A DNA stretch of 64,000 bases, from positions 1-64,000 of the forward strand of contig QPGO01000168.1 of NCBI GenBank assembly GCA_008632985.1, written 5' to 3'. The first letter of the stretch is position 1, and each line of letters opens with the position of its first letter. Shown here in pieces: positions 20,837 to 34,328 of the stretch. Made by a program: the position numbers and the translations under genes. The notes under the pieces were generated by a model. That model was not told the DNA's origin and did no database searches. It was given only the letters and a program-made list of their open reading frames with translations. Origin of the DNA: Psammoneis japonica. Its lineage: Eukaryota.

Positions 20837-23628
20837 ATGAAGGTATCGTTCGGTGCCGTCTGCATCCTGCTAGGGTGGATGGCAGGCTATGGTCTCGCCG
20901 ATGGCGTAGACGCGGCAGCACCATCCTCGGTGTCCGGTCTGGAGGACACCATGACTTCAGCAGAAGAAATCAAAACCAAATCAAGTCTTCGAGGCAAAAC
21001 CATAACTGACTTTCGATCAAATGAAATGATTGATAATTCGGATCAGGAGCACCGAAGGGCTCAAATCGAGGCAGACAAGTTTTGGCGTGGACATCTTAAC
21101 GGGATCTCAGGACCGCCCACCTCATCGCCGACTCCTGCTCCTAAGAAGAAGCTCCATCCCGTCCTACCGAACATTTTCAATAAGAGAGGCTCCAAAAGGA
21201 CAAGAGGAAAGAAGGGACGAGGAGGTAGAGGAGGAAAGCGCAAAGGAAAGCGCAAAAAGAAGCGTAAAGGAAGGCGCGGCAAGAGGAGCGAAGGAGGAAG
21301 GCGTGGCAAGAGGAGCAAAGGCAGTGGCGAGAGCGGAAAGAGCAGTAGCAGGTCTGTTCCCATTCGAGATTTTACCAGAGAGTCCAATCGCAGAAAAGAA
21401 AGAGGAAAGGGTCGAGAGCTTGCTTTCAAGCCAAAGGTCGTTATTGATCTTGGATCTGCGGTTGAACACGAGTCCGTTAATTCCGAGCTCCCGAAACTGA
21501 AGGCCGAAGGAGACAAGTCCGTCGGCGTTTCCACTACTCCCGAAACAAGCTCAGAGACAAAGCTTGATATTGAATCTGCCTTAGAAGCAAGTAACTCACA
21601 AGAGAAGTTGGACAAGAGTATGTTACTTCCGAGCTCTCGAAGCTGAAGGCTGAAGGAGACAAGTCCGTCGAAGTTTTCACGTCTTCCGAAAGCAACTCCG
21701 GCACAAAGCTTGGTCTTGAATCTGAGTTAGAAGCAAGTAACTCACAGGAGAAGGATGAACAAGAGCTGGTTACTGTCGAGCTCTCGAAATTGAAGGCTGA
21801 AGGCGACAAGTCTGTCGAAGTTTCCCCGCTTGCCCAAACAAGCTCAGAGACGATTCTTGAGCCGGCGAAACTCCCTTGGATAACTTCTGAGGAGGCTACG
21901 TCGTCTCCCCTTCCTATATACTGGATCAACCTGGAGCAATCGACAGAGCGACGTGCCTTGATGGAGGAAAGGTTTTCAAATCTAACTTCTTTTGGACACG
22001 AGTTCAAGGCAACTCGCATTCCAGCGGTGAATCAGGAACAAGTTCGGAAACCGTTAGCCACTGGAAGATTCAAGGCAAAAGGGGTTAAATTTGTGCAACC
22101 GAGCGCAGAGACGTTGGACTCGCAGAAGCACCTTCAGAAAGAGTACACAGATATTGAAGCAGCATCTCTTTTGTCACACCTGAATGCAATCTTGACAGCA
22201 TATAGAGCTGGACATGAGTACGCTTTAATTATGGAAGACGATGCTCTCATAAACTCATACTTTCTCTCAAATTGGAAAGATTATATGGAGCTTGCTCCTT
22301 CGGACTGGAACGTTCTCCAGTGGTCTACAAGCAATGAGGCAGTGCAGATGGAGACCAAGAATATGGCTAAGGATCCGTGGGTAGCTTGGGTCCCAGACTA
22401 CTTTGGGTGCACTTGTTACATGATACGTCGTCAAGGAATGCACGAGATACTTAGACATTCTTTCTCTGAAGATATTCATGGAGAGCCATTGTGGCATGTC
22501 AGTGAGTCCGAGTTGGTGGTGGCAGACGAAGTCGTCTACTACCTCGCAAAGCAATCCTACACTTCGACATTCCCGTGGATTGGGACAGGCGCAATGGTCA
22601 GCACTCATGATGATGGACATCAAACATTCGCAATCGATCTTGCAAAACCGATGACACGGCCAGAAAGGGTCTTAGTTGTGACGAGTAGTCGCATAAAAGA
22701 TGAAGCCTCTATCTCCGCAGAATTGAAAAGGTTGACAATGGATGCCGAATCCTTATCCAAGTGGCATCCAACTTCTACGTGGATTGTCAATGCAGTCGTG
22801 GTAAATGAAGATCTTAAAGCAGCATTTGTTGACAAGGCATCCGGGCTGCCCTCTAGCATCCACCTTCGCATCCGTGTCAATGACAAGACGTTCAACAAAT
22901 TTGCACTAATTGAGAATGCTCTCAAAGAAGAATTCATTCTGTACGACTACGTTCTCTTCAAGGACAATGACATGCGATTGGCAGGTTTCCCGTGGAACAC
23001 ATTCATGGAGCGCAAAGGCGACACGATTGTCTCTGGTCCTCTCCATGAAGCTGTCGACGAGTCCCTTATACGACATGATCTTATACCAAAGAGACAGTGG
23101 TATCAGTTCCACGAAGCGCAGTTGTGGAGGAAAGACAAGGTTCCAGAATTTGTGGAAATTTCCCCCATTCCAACTATGTATATCGAGCAGGCCTTTGTGT
23201 TGATGAGGGGAGACTTTGCTCACTGGTACTTTGATCAAATGTTAACGCCGTGGTTTGTGGAGCAGCCAACGGATTGGGGCATTGACAAGATGTGGTGCGG
23301 GGCTGCTAAATCCTTTCGGCCGGAATTACGTGCCTGTGAGATTGTTCCACTTGTCGCTGTACATGAGGATACGAGGCAAATTGCAGTTGGAGAAGAGTAT
23401 TTGATACAAGGTCGATCTGTGATTCAGCGTTTCCGGGAAAATGAGCGTTTCCGTGATTGGCTGGACGCCATCATTGGTTGGGAAACGTTTATTGAGGGCA
23501 ACGCCGACCTCTATGATGTTCAATCTCGATGCAGACGCCTTTTAAAGTCCGATATAGCCAATCTGACAAAGTGCGCTGAGCTTGTCGTCGACGGACAGAT
23601 AGACATGCAGGATCTTGTCTTTACGTAA
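20837..23628 (+). CDS. Secreted glycosyltransferase family 25-like protein with a basic K/R/G segment, 49-aa repeats and an uncharacterised C-terminal domain; one 1-nt frameshift near 21612
   Basis: Signal peptide MKVSFGAVCILLGWMAGYGLA; GT25 motifs IYWINLEQSTERR, ASLLSHLNAI, YALIMEDDA, CYMIRRQG. Repeat unit 1 is 146 nt against 147 nt for unit 2, which locates the frameshift. Confidence 0.8.
21485..21860 (+). repeat. ~2.5 copies of a 147-bp coding repeat (ELxKLKAEGDKSV...)
   Basis: Units start gagctc at 21485, 21631 and 21778. Confidence 0.9.
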
Positions 23629-24350
23629 TTTGAAGCAGGATCCACCTCTGGGGATACACTTATGCCAGTAGCTGTAATGTTGAATGAAGATAATTTGTAA
23701 CTGGTTATAAACATGGTTTGAAGAAAGCTTTCTTTTGATTTCTCTTTTCTCACATGGAGTCAGAATGCTCAGAGAGCAGGACAGGGCTTTTGCTTGTGTG
23801 CCACCACGAAGTACCCACACGGAGCGACCAACATCAATGTTCCGTGTTGCCGTGTTGACTGATGCCGGAGTTATGCACAGAGCTGTCGATAAATTTCTCA
23901 TTACCTTTGCAACAAAGGTGCTTTGCGAAAAGTTAGTTCCATTTTCAACATCTGACATCATGAACAACACCTGCCTTGGACACACTCGCAACACATTGGC
24001 AAATAAATAAGAGCTGCACACCGATGATGCTCCTCTTTCATGTGTGTATTTTTTGCTCTTGCGGGGTCAAAATCTTCTCTACGGTACTCTCTACTCTCTC
24101 TACTTACTCTCTACTTAGCTCTAACTAGAGCTTTAGAGTGTAGTGGCAGCTAATTGTCTTCCGAAACATCGGAGTCGAATGGGTCATGCGGGATTCAAGA
24201 TTCGCGACTCGACGGACGAAGGGAAATTGACCCTTTCGAAACATCCAGAAAATTGACAACAGCAACAAAAAACCCACTCATGTGCTGAGCTCTCCCATCA
24301 GCTGAACGACATTCTCATCTGAGGGAAGAACCAAAATGATGAAGCAGTTG

Positions 24351-24370
24351 CCCCCCCCCCCCCCCCCCNC
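24351..24370. other. Poly-C run containing an N (24369); possible assembly join
   Basis: Direct observation. Confidence 0.7.
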
Positions 24371-27300
24371 TGAGAGCCAAAGCCATGGGTGTGGAGACAC
24401 ATCACCTCCCTCAATGTGCCCTGCCTCTCACTCTGCACCATGCAGGATTTTCACTCAAACCACACAAGTTTTGCATGACAACATCATGAAAAAACATGTG
24501 CTGCTGTCACAGTTGTTGTGGTGTGTCGTTTGAGTCATGTTTTGTTAAAATGCCACCTTTTGCTCAAACATGCCATGTTTGAGAAAATGGGACTTGATGT
24601 TTGAGGAATTGCTCAAACTTTGCACAATTTTCAGCAATTGCTCAAACTTGACAAACATGTGCATTTTGAGCATAAAATTGATGCTGCCAGCAGTGTAAAA
24701 CTGCTGTGTGGTGTTGGCCTGCTCCACAGCACTTGCTGCACATGCTGCTGTTGCTGCTCTTGCACTGCATGCAGGTGTCAGTGCAAAACAAATGCAACAG
24801 ATTCAAGGTGTTTTTTGTCGCCATTGGTGACAAACAACACAGTCACCACCACATTGCAACACGAGTGATTGTTCCTCAATGACAACAATTTCAAGAAACC
24901 CAGCGACAATCCAATGAAAGACATGTGATGCAAACTCAGCCAGCCACACCTGAAAATGTTGAAAGTTCCCATGGAATGGGCTTGTTGGGGGGGCTGTGTG
25001 GACCAACAAGGAACAGTGTCATGTGACAACATTTTGTTGTTTGTTTTGATCAAAAACATTTTTCAAAGCATGCCTTGGCATTGACACGCACTGCAACATT
25101 GTCATTTGTTGTTCCAAGTCAAAAATGTGGCACAAATGGATTTTCGGTGCTGGCACCAGTCATCACTTTCAAATGTTTCTTGGTGTGGTGTTTGCTTGTG
25201 TCCACTGTTGTTGCAAACATGTGCTTGTTTGGGCAGTCTTCTTGCGTGGTGCTGGGGACAATCTGGCCTTTGCTGCACATGGTGGCAGGATCATTCATGT
25301 GGTGGGTGAGCTGCCTGCTTGGGGGCTTGGCATGACACAGCTGGAAAGTGCCTTCTGCAACTTGCAGCTCTTGAGTGCCTCAAGAGTTGTGTGAGTCAGA
25401 CAGTTTTTCAAAAACCATGAGTGTCAAGTGGTGCACACCTGTGCCACAAACTTGGCCACACATCCAGACTCAAGACATGTCAAAGAAAAACACATCTGTC
25501 GCTCACACGCTGACAATTTCTGTGAGCTCACTTCACACTTGGTTCCACCTGCAGCTGGAGTGCATCCAAACACACCACAAATGACACACTGTGGACATGT
25601 GTGCTTGAAGACAATCACAAAAACACCCCTTTTTCCATTGGCGGTCATTGATTTGCTCATTGCCACCTGACAATTTTGCTGCAGAGCTTGCCCGCAGAGA
25701 TCTGTGGGCCCAACATCACATGGCTCCTCACCCAGGGCCAGAGCTCATTGTTTGCAAAATGCAACAAATGAAATGAGGTGCAGCAGAGCAACAAAACTGG
25801 TTGTTTGTTTTTTGGCATTGAAGATGGGCACACATGGATCATGATCCAGCACATGACTTGCAGAGCTTGCAAGCAGAACTCTGTGGGACAAACACCCAAG
25901 AATTTTCCAACCAGAGCTGGAGCATGTTTGCAGCTGTGTTGCAGCAGTTGATGAGCTCAAGATCTGAGTGTGGGGACAACACACAAGGGGAACTGCATGG
26001 CATGTCACATTTTTTGTCATCACCTGAAGTTCGCGCACATGCTTCAGTGCAACTTCACCTGTGTCTTGCAAGCCAGTGCTGCTGATGGGTGCCGTGGTTG
26101 CTTGCAGCTTTTGGCAAAGAGAGGGTGTGGCAAAACAAAATGAAAAATTGGCAAGGGCAAGCCATTCCAAAAAACAATGGCACAGGTGACATCACAGCTG
26201 CATTTTAAATCAAGCACCATGAGACAATGCCTCACATCAATGCAGGCTGTTTGTCAATGATGGATTGTCAAGATGAGGTTGATTTGGTCCAGAGCTTTTG
26301 CTTGAGCAACATCAGCTGTTCAACAGGAGAAAATCTTTGAATGCAGAAGATGACACATTGATCATGCGGTGCAATGGAAAACCTCTCACAGGGCAGCAGA
26401 CCTGGATTTTTCTTGTTTTGCACCACGCACTGCTGCTCACGTTTTAGAGTTTGCCGCCATCCAACATGTCACTGCCAACCACCTCTGGCACCACACATGA
26501 CATTGCAACAAGAATGAAAGGCCTTTTTTCCACCTGCAGAGCAAAGGGAGAAGGATTTCTCATTCTCTTGCTGGCAACATTGCTTCTTCATTCTTTCTCT
26601 TTCCATCATTGAGTTGTTCTCAAGTTGAGAGAATCATCGTGTGCTCAGAAAAAGAGCAAATCAATGGCCATCACAAATCTGCAGTCACACCCAGAAACAT
26701 TTGCAAACCTGCAGCTTTCTCCCACTGGTCACAGCCGGGTGGGTGCAACGTGAGAGTGGTTGATGCCATCGACATTGATGGAGCAACAGCATTGTCATTC
26801 AAAACAATGTCTGCCGGCATCGACAAGGTCGTGCAATGAGCGTTTTGTCATTTCGTAATGTGGTTTGGGGGCCCCGCTTGCACGCAGCTAAGTGAAGCTC
26901 ACAACCTGAGAGTGATCCACTCTCCACATGGGAATGATGCCACTCCACTGCGGCAAGACAATGACTCTCTGGCTCAACGAATCGGCAAAATTGGCAGACT
27001 GCAGTGCCAGCCATCCTCACTCCACAAACCATCTGCTGCTGCAAAAGAAAGAAAGAATGGCCCAACAGCGACTGCGACCACGTGCAACAGCCAGTTGCTG
27101 TTCCTCAAATGTCATCGCCATCTCTGTTGCAGCAAAAAAAGTGATGCCGATTCCTCTTCAGGTCGGTCAATTGCAGCAGCAGCAGGTGTCACAATGTTGG
27201 AGCTTTCTTTTTTGTCTGATCCTTCCATCCCACCACACTGCAGAGCACTTGCAGAGAGACTGTGTTGTTGAGAATTCAGCATTCACATGTGGGGCAAACT

Positions 27301-27380
27301 CGCGAACCGAGACAAAATCAGGGATTGCTGTGGAATTGGCGCTGCAAAACAATGAAATCCACGCCTGCTGCATTTTTTCA

Positions 27381-30010
27381 TCAAGTGCGTGGCTTTGTGC
27401 TTGCCAGACAGAACATCGAAATGCCTGCTGCAATGTTCAGAACAAATGCCACAATGGCGCGCACCTGTCCAACACCCCATGCGCAATCAACCTGGCACTG
27501 GTTTGTGGTCCGGGATGTCAGCATCGAGAGACTCATTGCTCCCACTAAAAAACAGAGACTGGCAACCATCCTCAAAGCCCATCTGGAAAAGCTCCGGCAG
27601 CTGAGGGTTGGGCTCAGCACCAAAGCAGCAACTCCAGTGGCAATGGAAGTGATGGCAATGATTCTTCTGCATTTAAACGGAGCATCCTCATGGTCCGGGG
27701 CCCTGCTCCGCTAAAAAGAAAGGCAACGGCAGCCAAACAGCACGCCCACATCTTCATCGGCAGCATCCAGAAAGCAGGTTGTCAGTGCAAGACAAGTGAG
27801 CAATGCTCCCAGAAAGCCGAAAAAGGGAGGGAATGCAGTTTTGCCACCATGCGGGCAAATTGCACCATTGAGGAGAAGGAGAATTTTACCAGTGAGAACA
27901 GCCAAGCTTGCGACGGGGCAAAAGCACAACATCTTTTAACAACATCATCTCTTCGGCGACGAACACGTGCCATTTGAGCTCGGAAGCTTCGCGTGGCTTT
28001 GCACTTGCCAGACAGAACATCGAAGCACCCGTGGCGACATTCAGAGCCAATGCCACAATGGCATGCACCTGTCCAACACCCCAAATGCAATCACCCTGGC
28101 ACTGGTTTGTGGACCGAGCTGTCAGCATCAAAAGACTCATTGCTCCCACTGCAAAAAAGAGACTTCCGACCAGCCTCAAAGCCCACTTGGGAAAGCTCCG
28201 GCAGCTGAGAGTTAGGCTCAGCACTGACGCAGCAACTCCAGCGGCAATGGAAGTGATGGCAACAATTCTTCCGCATTTGAACAGAGCATCCTCATGGTCC
28301 GGGGCATGGCTGCACTCGAAAGCAAGGCAACGGCAGCCAAACAGCATGCCCACATCTTCATTGGCAGCATCCAGAAAGCAGGTTGTCAGTGCAAGATGAG
28401 TGAACAATGCTCCAAGAAAACCGAAAATGGGAGGGATTGCAGTTTTGTCACCACATGGGCAAATTGTGCCACAACAAGGAGAAGGAGAATTTTGCCAGTG
28501 AGAAGTCAAGCTTGCAACGGGGCGAAAGCACAACATCTTTTGAGCAATGTCATCTCTTTGGCAAAGAACACGTGCTGTTTGAACTCGGAAGCTGTGCGTG
28601 GCTTTGCACTTGCCAGACAGAACATCAAAATGCCTGCTGCAATGTTCAGAACAAATGCCACAACAGCGTGCACCTGTCCAACACCCCAGACGCAATCACC
28701 CTGGCACTGGTTTGTGGTGCAAGCTGTCAGCATCGAAAGACTCATTGCTCCCACTGCACAAAAGAGACTGGCAACCATCCTCAAAGCCCACTTGGGAAAG
28801 CTCCGGCAGCTGAGAGTTAGGCTCAGCACTGACGCAGCAACTCCAGCGGCAATGGAAGTGATGGCAATGATTCTTCCACATTTGAACAGAGCATCCTCAT
28901 GGTCCGGGGCACGGCTGCGCTCGAAAGCAAGGCAACGGCAGCCAAACAGCATGCCCACATCTTCATTGGCGGCATCCAGAAAGCAGGTTGTCAGTGCAAG
29001 ATGAGTGAACAATGCTCCGAGAAAACCGAAAATGGGAGGGATTGCAGTTTTGTCACCACATGGGCAAATTGTGCCACAACAAGGAGAAGGAGAATTTTGC
29101 CAGTGAGAAGTCAAGCTTGCAACGGGGCGAAAGCACAACATCTTTTGAGCAATGTCATCTCTTTGGCAAAGAACATGTGCTGTTTGAACTCGGAAGCTGT
29201 GCGTGGCTTTGCACTTGCCAGACAGAACATCAAAATGCCTGCTGCAATGTTCAGAACAAATGCCACAACAGCGTGCACCTGTCCAACACCCCAGATGCAA
29301 TCACCCTGGCACTGGTTTGTGGTGCAAGCTGTCAGCATCGAAAGACTCATTGCTCCCACTGCACAAAAGAGACTGGCAACCATCCTCAAAGCCCACCCAG
29401 GAAAGCTCCAGCAGCTGAGGGTTGGGCTCAGCACTGACGCAGCAACTCCAGTGGCAATGGAAGTGATGGCAATGATTCTTCTGCGTTTAAACGGAGCATC
29501 CTCACAGTCCGGGGCATGGCTGCACTCGAAAGCAAGGCAACGGCAGCCAAACAGCACACCCACATCTTCATCGGCGGCATCCAGAAAGCAGGTTGTCAGT
29601 GCAAGACAAGTGAACAATGCACCGAGAGAGCCAAAAATGGGAGGGGTTGCAGTTTTGTCACCACATGGGCAAATTGCACTGTGACAGGGAGAAGGAGAAT
29701 CTTGCCAGTGAGAACAGTCAAGCTTGTGACGGGGCAAAAGCACAACATCTTTTGAGCACATCATCTCTTCGGCAAGGAACACGCACCATTTGAGCTCGGA
29801 AGCTGGCACTGTCTTTGGTTCTTCGTCAACAGTTGCTGATTCCAAGTGCCTCGGCCTTGTTTGTCCTTGCTCAATTGTCAGAAGGTCAACATCTTCGAAT
29901 GACTTGCATGCTTGTGGATCCTTTGGCTTCGTTTCTTCTTCATCTGCTTGCGAACTTGTCTGCATTTGTGGTGACGATGCGAGACGGCAGAGCATTTCCT
30001 CATCAGGCAT
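27381..30010 (-). pseudogene. Eroded multi-pass membrane-protein gene whose TM-encoding part forms the 605-bp tandem unit
   Basis: Unique hydrophilic N-terminus (MPDEEML...ATVDEEPKT) followed by repeated hydrophobic segments (PIFGFLGALFT, IIAITSIAAGVAASVLS, ALRMVASLF, AIVAFVLNIAAG) and a CQGDCxWG loop; no Tyr. Confidence 0.5.
27385..29803. repeat. Four tandem copies of a ~605-bp unit
   Basis: tttga(g/a)ctcggaagct recurs near 27973, 28578, 29183 and 29789; ORF pairs 28407/29012 and 28294/28899 are nearly identical. Confidence 0.92.
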
Positions 30011-31494
30011 GTCAGCTGGTGTTGGCTTCTTGTTCGTGGTTTCTGTGAGCAAAAGAAGACGCCAAGGGAACACAGTGTGAAGTTGGTTTTGCCATGTGTG
30101 CAAATTCTGTGTTGGCGTTCGCGATCGCGATCGGCGAGTCTTGGAAATCGCACCCGGACCCATGCACGAGTGCACAACATCATCATGATGTGACTCAGCA
30201 TCGCATCTTTGTTTTGATGCATGCCAGGAATGAAGAAACAAGCCGTGGCAATGGCTTGATGGCCTTGGTCACATGAGAAACGACTCTCTTTTGCGTTGCT
30301 GCAACTGCAGACTCAAGACGAGTTTTGTTTGCTGTTGCGTGCTGTGCATTTCACGGGCAGAACATCAGAGCCGTTTTGAAAAATGAGACCTCGGACTTCG
30401 GACATGATGACGTCATTCGTCCTTGTCAGAATCTTGACAAGCTCACTCACAAGGGTCATCGGAGTGCAGCAGGTTTCTTGGCTCTGTTGACTTTGGTGAC
30501 AACGGTGCATTCTTTGTGAGTTGTGATTTAAAGAGAGGGTCCATGATTCACAAGGGGCTTTTCACAAGCACTGTGGGGCCCACCGCAACGAGGTGCAGCT
30601 TCTGCAACATGCACGTGGACAATGCTTCTGCTGTTGGCACACTGCACAAAGCATTCCTGTGTCTCACTTGCATTTTCCATGGTGCTCCAGTGCCATCTAG
30701 ACGAGTGCTTTCTTCTGTGTCTGCGAGACTTCTTTTGGAACTTGCATCACCGTTGTTCTCCTTGCATGAGTGGACTGCTTCCAACGTGCCTCTGCAGTGC
30801 TGCAGTGCCGTCCTTTTCCCTTGAGTTGCTGAGGAAATGTTTGTTCCCAATCCTTTGAGGAAGCCACCCTTCAGACTCATGTGCTTGATGGCAATTGTGC
30901 TGGAGTTCTTCACCCGCCAGAGCAACAGCGCAGCAGCAAATCCCTTGGCAGTTGTCCACATGAAGGGCAGCTGAATTTGAGGCACCTTGGAGCACAGACA
31001 AGATGTTGGACTCACAAAGTCCCAAAAAGCCACCATGTTTTAGTGCATTCACAATGAGGTCATGATCCACACATGCACCTCCACAGGTGGCCGGAAATGT
31101 GGTGGCAGGAAGCATTGTGGTGTCAGCAATCTTCATGGTTGATTTGCTGTTTTTGTGACGGAAAAAACATCGCGTGTCTGTCATGGTCACGGAGCGGAAG
31201 CAGCTGCGGGCAACATGCAGACTTGCGGGGGGTCCCCGTTAAGTTGCGCGCCGGTGCAACACACAGCACATGTGCGCATCTTGCTTTCTGTTCCATGTCA
31301 CTGCAGGGTCACGCATGTTGGGGTGATTTGTGGTTGTTGTGTCATGACACACTGCTTGCAACACCAGCATTCCCCACATCTTGTTCAAACATCCGGTTTG
31401 ATCCCAGCAGATGCAATTGTGAGGATGAGTGATGCTGCACCCAGCAAGAAGGCCTTTTTTCCATGCAGATGGTGTCCGCGTGCATGCTGCCCCG

Positions 31495-31717
31495 TAAAAA
31501 AGAACTCTGGAGCAACAAATTTGCACAGAAGCAGAGCACCAGAACCCCAGCAGAAATGCCAAGAAAGTCCAGAATGTCATGATTTTTTGACATCGTCCCT
31601 GGCGCTGATTCTGCGCTGGACTCTGCACAATTTCTCGACACTCCAGACTTTTTTGACATTTCTGCTGGGGCGCTGGCACTGCTTCTGCACAGTTTGTTGC
31701 TCCAGACTTCTCTTTTG
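31495..31717. repeat. Hairpin with ~90-bp arms and ~45-bp spacer
   Basis: tctggagcaacaaa...cagaagca...ccccagcagaaatg is matched in reverse complement by catttctgctgggg...tgcttctg...tttgttgctccaga. Confidence 0.8.
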
Positions 31718-33279
31718 CCTGGCAGCCTGTCAAAGCCTGGCTGCACACAGTTTCCAGCACACCAGCCACCTGCTGATGTCATTTGAGACAGGCAAAACAA
31801 AGGCACACATGCTCGAAAAGTTCAGCCAAATTTTTGATTTTTCAGGTGTGGACACACATGGAAAACACACTGTGGAGCTTTCAAATGATGCACTGGTCAT
31901 TGCAAACAGCCGCTTGGTTGGAAAGACACAGCAACAAAGTTCATCACAAGTCAAGCGAGGGGGTTCAGAGAATTTGGTGACTGCATGGTTGCACAAGTCA
32001 GTGCAAATAAACACCAGGCACATTGTTGGAACCCTCATGACGAGGATTTCATGTTGATGAAGACATGTCAATGAAGCCCAACAGTTAAAAATGGCATGGA
32101 CATTTTTGTTGTGATTGCAAGTGATTTCGATTGACTCGCATGGCAACACATGGCACATTTTCTCAGAATGTGCATCCAGCAAAAGGGACCCAGAGCACAT
32201 GCGAGTTTCCATTTCAACTCTCTTGTTTGCAATCTGTCCAAACATTTTTGTTCGATTCTTGTTCCCCATTGCTGCAACAGCAGACAAGCAAATGGCTGGT
32301 TGCAGCTGGGGACAAGCTTTTGCCGTGCCCTCCCTGCCAGCTCCAGAGCCATTTCCTCTCTGTCAATCTTGCCAGCAGATCCTGCACATGAGTTTTGACC
32401 CACAAGTTCACAGCTTTTGCAGTGGTCAGCTCATGTGTGGCTCTTGTGCTTGCCATTTGTTTCCTCACACCCCAAGCAAGCAACAGGCACTTGGTTGTTG
32501 TTGCTGTGTTGAATGATGACTCATGGTGCTTGCCATGCTCGCCACCTGCCTCCTTGCCCTGTCATTTCAAGCAAACACTCTTCCCAAGAACACACTTGCA
32601 TGTGAGCAACATTTCAGCTCTCACATCCTGAAGAGTCAACTGCAGAGTTGATGGTCACCTTTCACATGTTTTGGCACAATGTGGCCAGATCCCAAGTCAT
32701 GAGTTCTCCATCCCTTCCCTTGCCTGGATGAATGGCCCCATGCAAGTTGTGTCATCATGTGCAACTTTGCAGGCTTGGGCACTTCTTTCTGGATGGCTGG
32801 CACTTCAACCAGTGCTGGTGACACAAGCCAGTTGTGCAAATCAAACAGCACCAGTTCCACAAACTTGCAGCAGAAAGCAAGCACCTGACTCAGGGAGCAT
32901 GTTGCAGACAGTCCAGCAGCACACATCTCATTGTCAGCGCGATGTTCTCTGCTTGAGGTTGTGCCCAAAATTGTCAAAACTTGCTGCTGCTTTGTGCTGC
33001 CACCCTCCCCATGAGGAGGGCACAGCATCTTCTCCATGCACTGCCCCTGGTTCTCACCTGGGGTGCTGGACAAGCTGCCATCATCCACTGTGTGACAGCA
33101 GCAATGATCAGGAGGTGCTGCCAGCTGTCGGCTTGTTTCAGCTGCACCATGATCAGGGCAATCTGCTGAAACGCATGACATCTGACATCACATGACTTCA
33201 ACAGAAAATGAGCAAACCCCAATTTTGGCAGTTGTCAATGCCCACAGCTAAAAAGTGAATTTCAGTCTTGCCTTTTCTG

Positions 33280-33460
33280 CATGTCCCAGCAAAAGCTGAG
33301 ACGCGCATCCCCCAAACTGCGTGTTTCAGCAGTTGCCAAAACCTGGCGCTGCATGTTTCAGCGGGTTTGGCTGAAACCTGCCAAGTTTTGGCAACTGCTG
33401 AAACCTGCCATGTTTCAGCAAATGCTGAAACATGCAACAGGCAAAATCATGTTTCAACAC
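33280..33460. repeat. Cluster of alternating GTTTCAGC/GCTGAAAC motifs forming nested palindromes
   Basis: At least six copies in both orientations, e.g. gtttcagcagttgccaaaac and gttttggcaactgctgaaac. Confidence 0.75.
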
Positions 33461-34328
33461 GTGACTTGGCTCCGGAACGAAAAAATGCCACCTGTGTCAC
33501 TGGCGCCAGCTCTGCTTGCAAACACGCAGCATGTTGGAACACAAGCTCGCCACTGCAGTCAGCACCTTTGAGTGCACTTTGGCAAAGCTTGAAGCAAATG
33601 AATGACCGCAAAAGCAAAATGTTTGTGTGGCCCACATTCGAGCCAGTCTGCTGCATCAATGCTGTGTTGTGATGATGCACTTTGATCACCACGCAGTCGA
33701 CGCTGTCTTGGCACGATGAAGAGTCACTGTTGCAAAGTGTTTTTCTGCTTTTTTTGGGTCTTTTGCACCTTGTTCTGCCAAAATCTTTCATGCAGATGCT
33801 GTGTCATTTTGCGCCAATTGATGCGGGCTGCTTCTGCAGCTGTGGAGGTGAAGCATGCATCGAAAAACACAGCGCACGTCAGCCAAGACTTTTCAGAAAA
33901 ATGACGGCCATCAACCGCTTTGCCTGTGGGATTCTGTGTGCCTCTGGCATGTGATGTGCACACCAAACACCAATCTCTGTGATGAAAAACTTTGTTGCTT
34001 GTGTCATGCAGCGCCAGTCTCAGATGCCCGGACGGTTCTGTGGTGCGACCTCTACAGCCAGGCGGAGCATGGTGGGCAACAACAAAATTGCAACATTGAA
34101 GACACACGTGTGAAGGGCAACGGCATTTTTGTCCAATGACTGAAGATGTGGCGGGTGTCAAAAATGGCGGGAAATCCTTCTCGGGAAAGGGAAGGCCAGC
34201 AGCAGGCTCTCATTTCTCATCTTTTGTGCGGGGGTTCAGTGAGGACTGCATGCGCACTGCGACGATGCTTTCACATGTCTTGATTGTTTCGCACGAGTGC
34301 AACCGGCATGAGCACCGTTAAAAACACC

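Noticed and set aside
24063..24234. Possible small element with GGGTCAA/TTGACCC ends and CTACT-rich repeats at a domain border
   Set aside because: Only a 7-bp inverted match and no clear TSD; insufficient support.
24351..24370. Poly-C tract as a G-quadruplex or regulatory element
   Set aside because: It contains an N and may be an assembly join.
27385..29803. CRISPR array or satellite DNA
   Set aside because: Units are ~605 bp with no spacers and derive from a coding region; no cas genes; eukaryotic context.
33280..33460. CRISPR-like repeats (GTTTCAGC...GCTGAAAC)
   Set aside because: Motifs alternate in orientation with irregular short spacing; there is no repeat-spacer periodicity.
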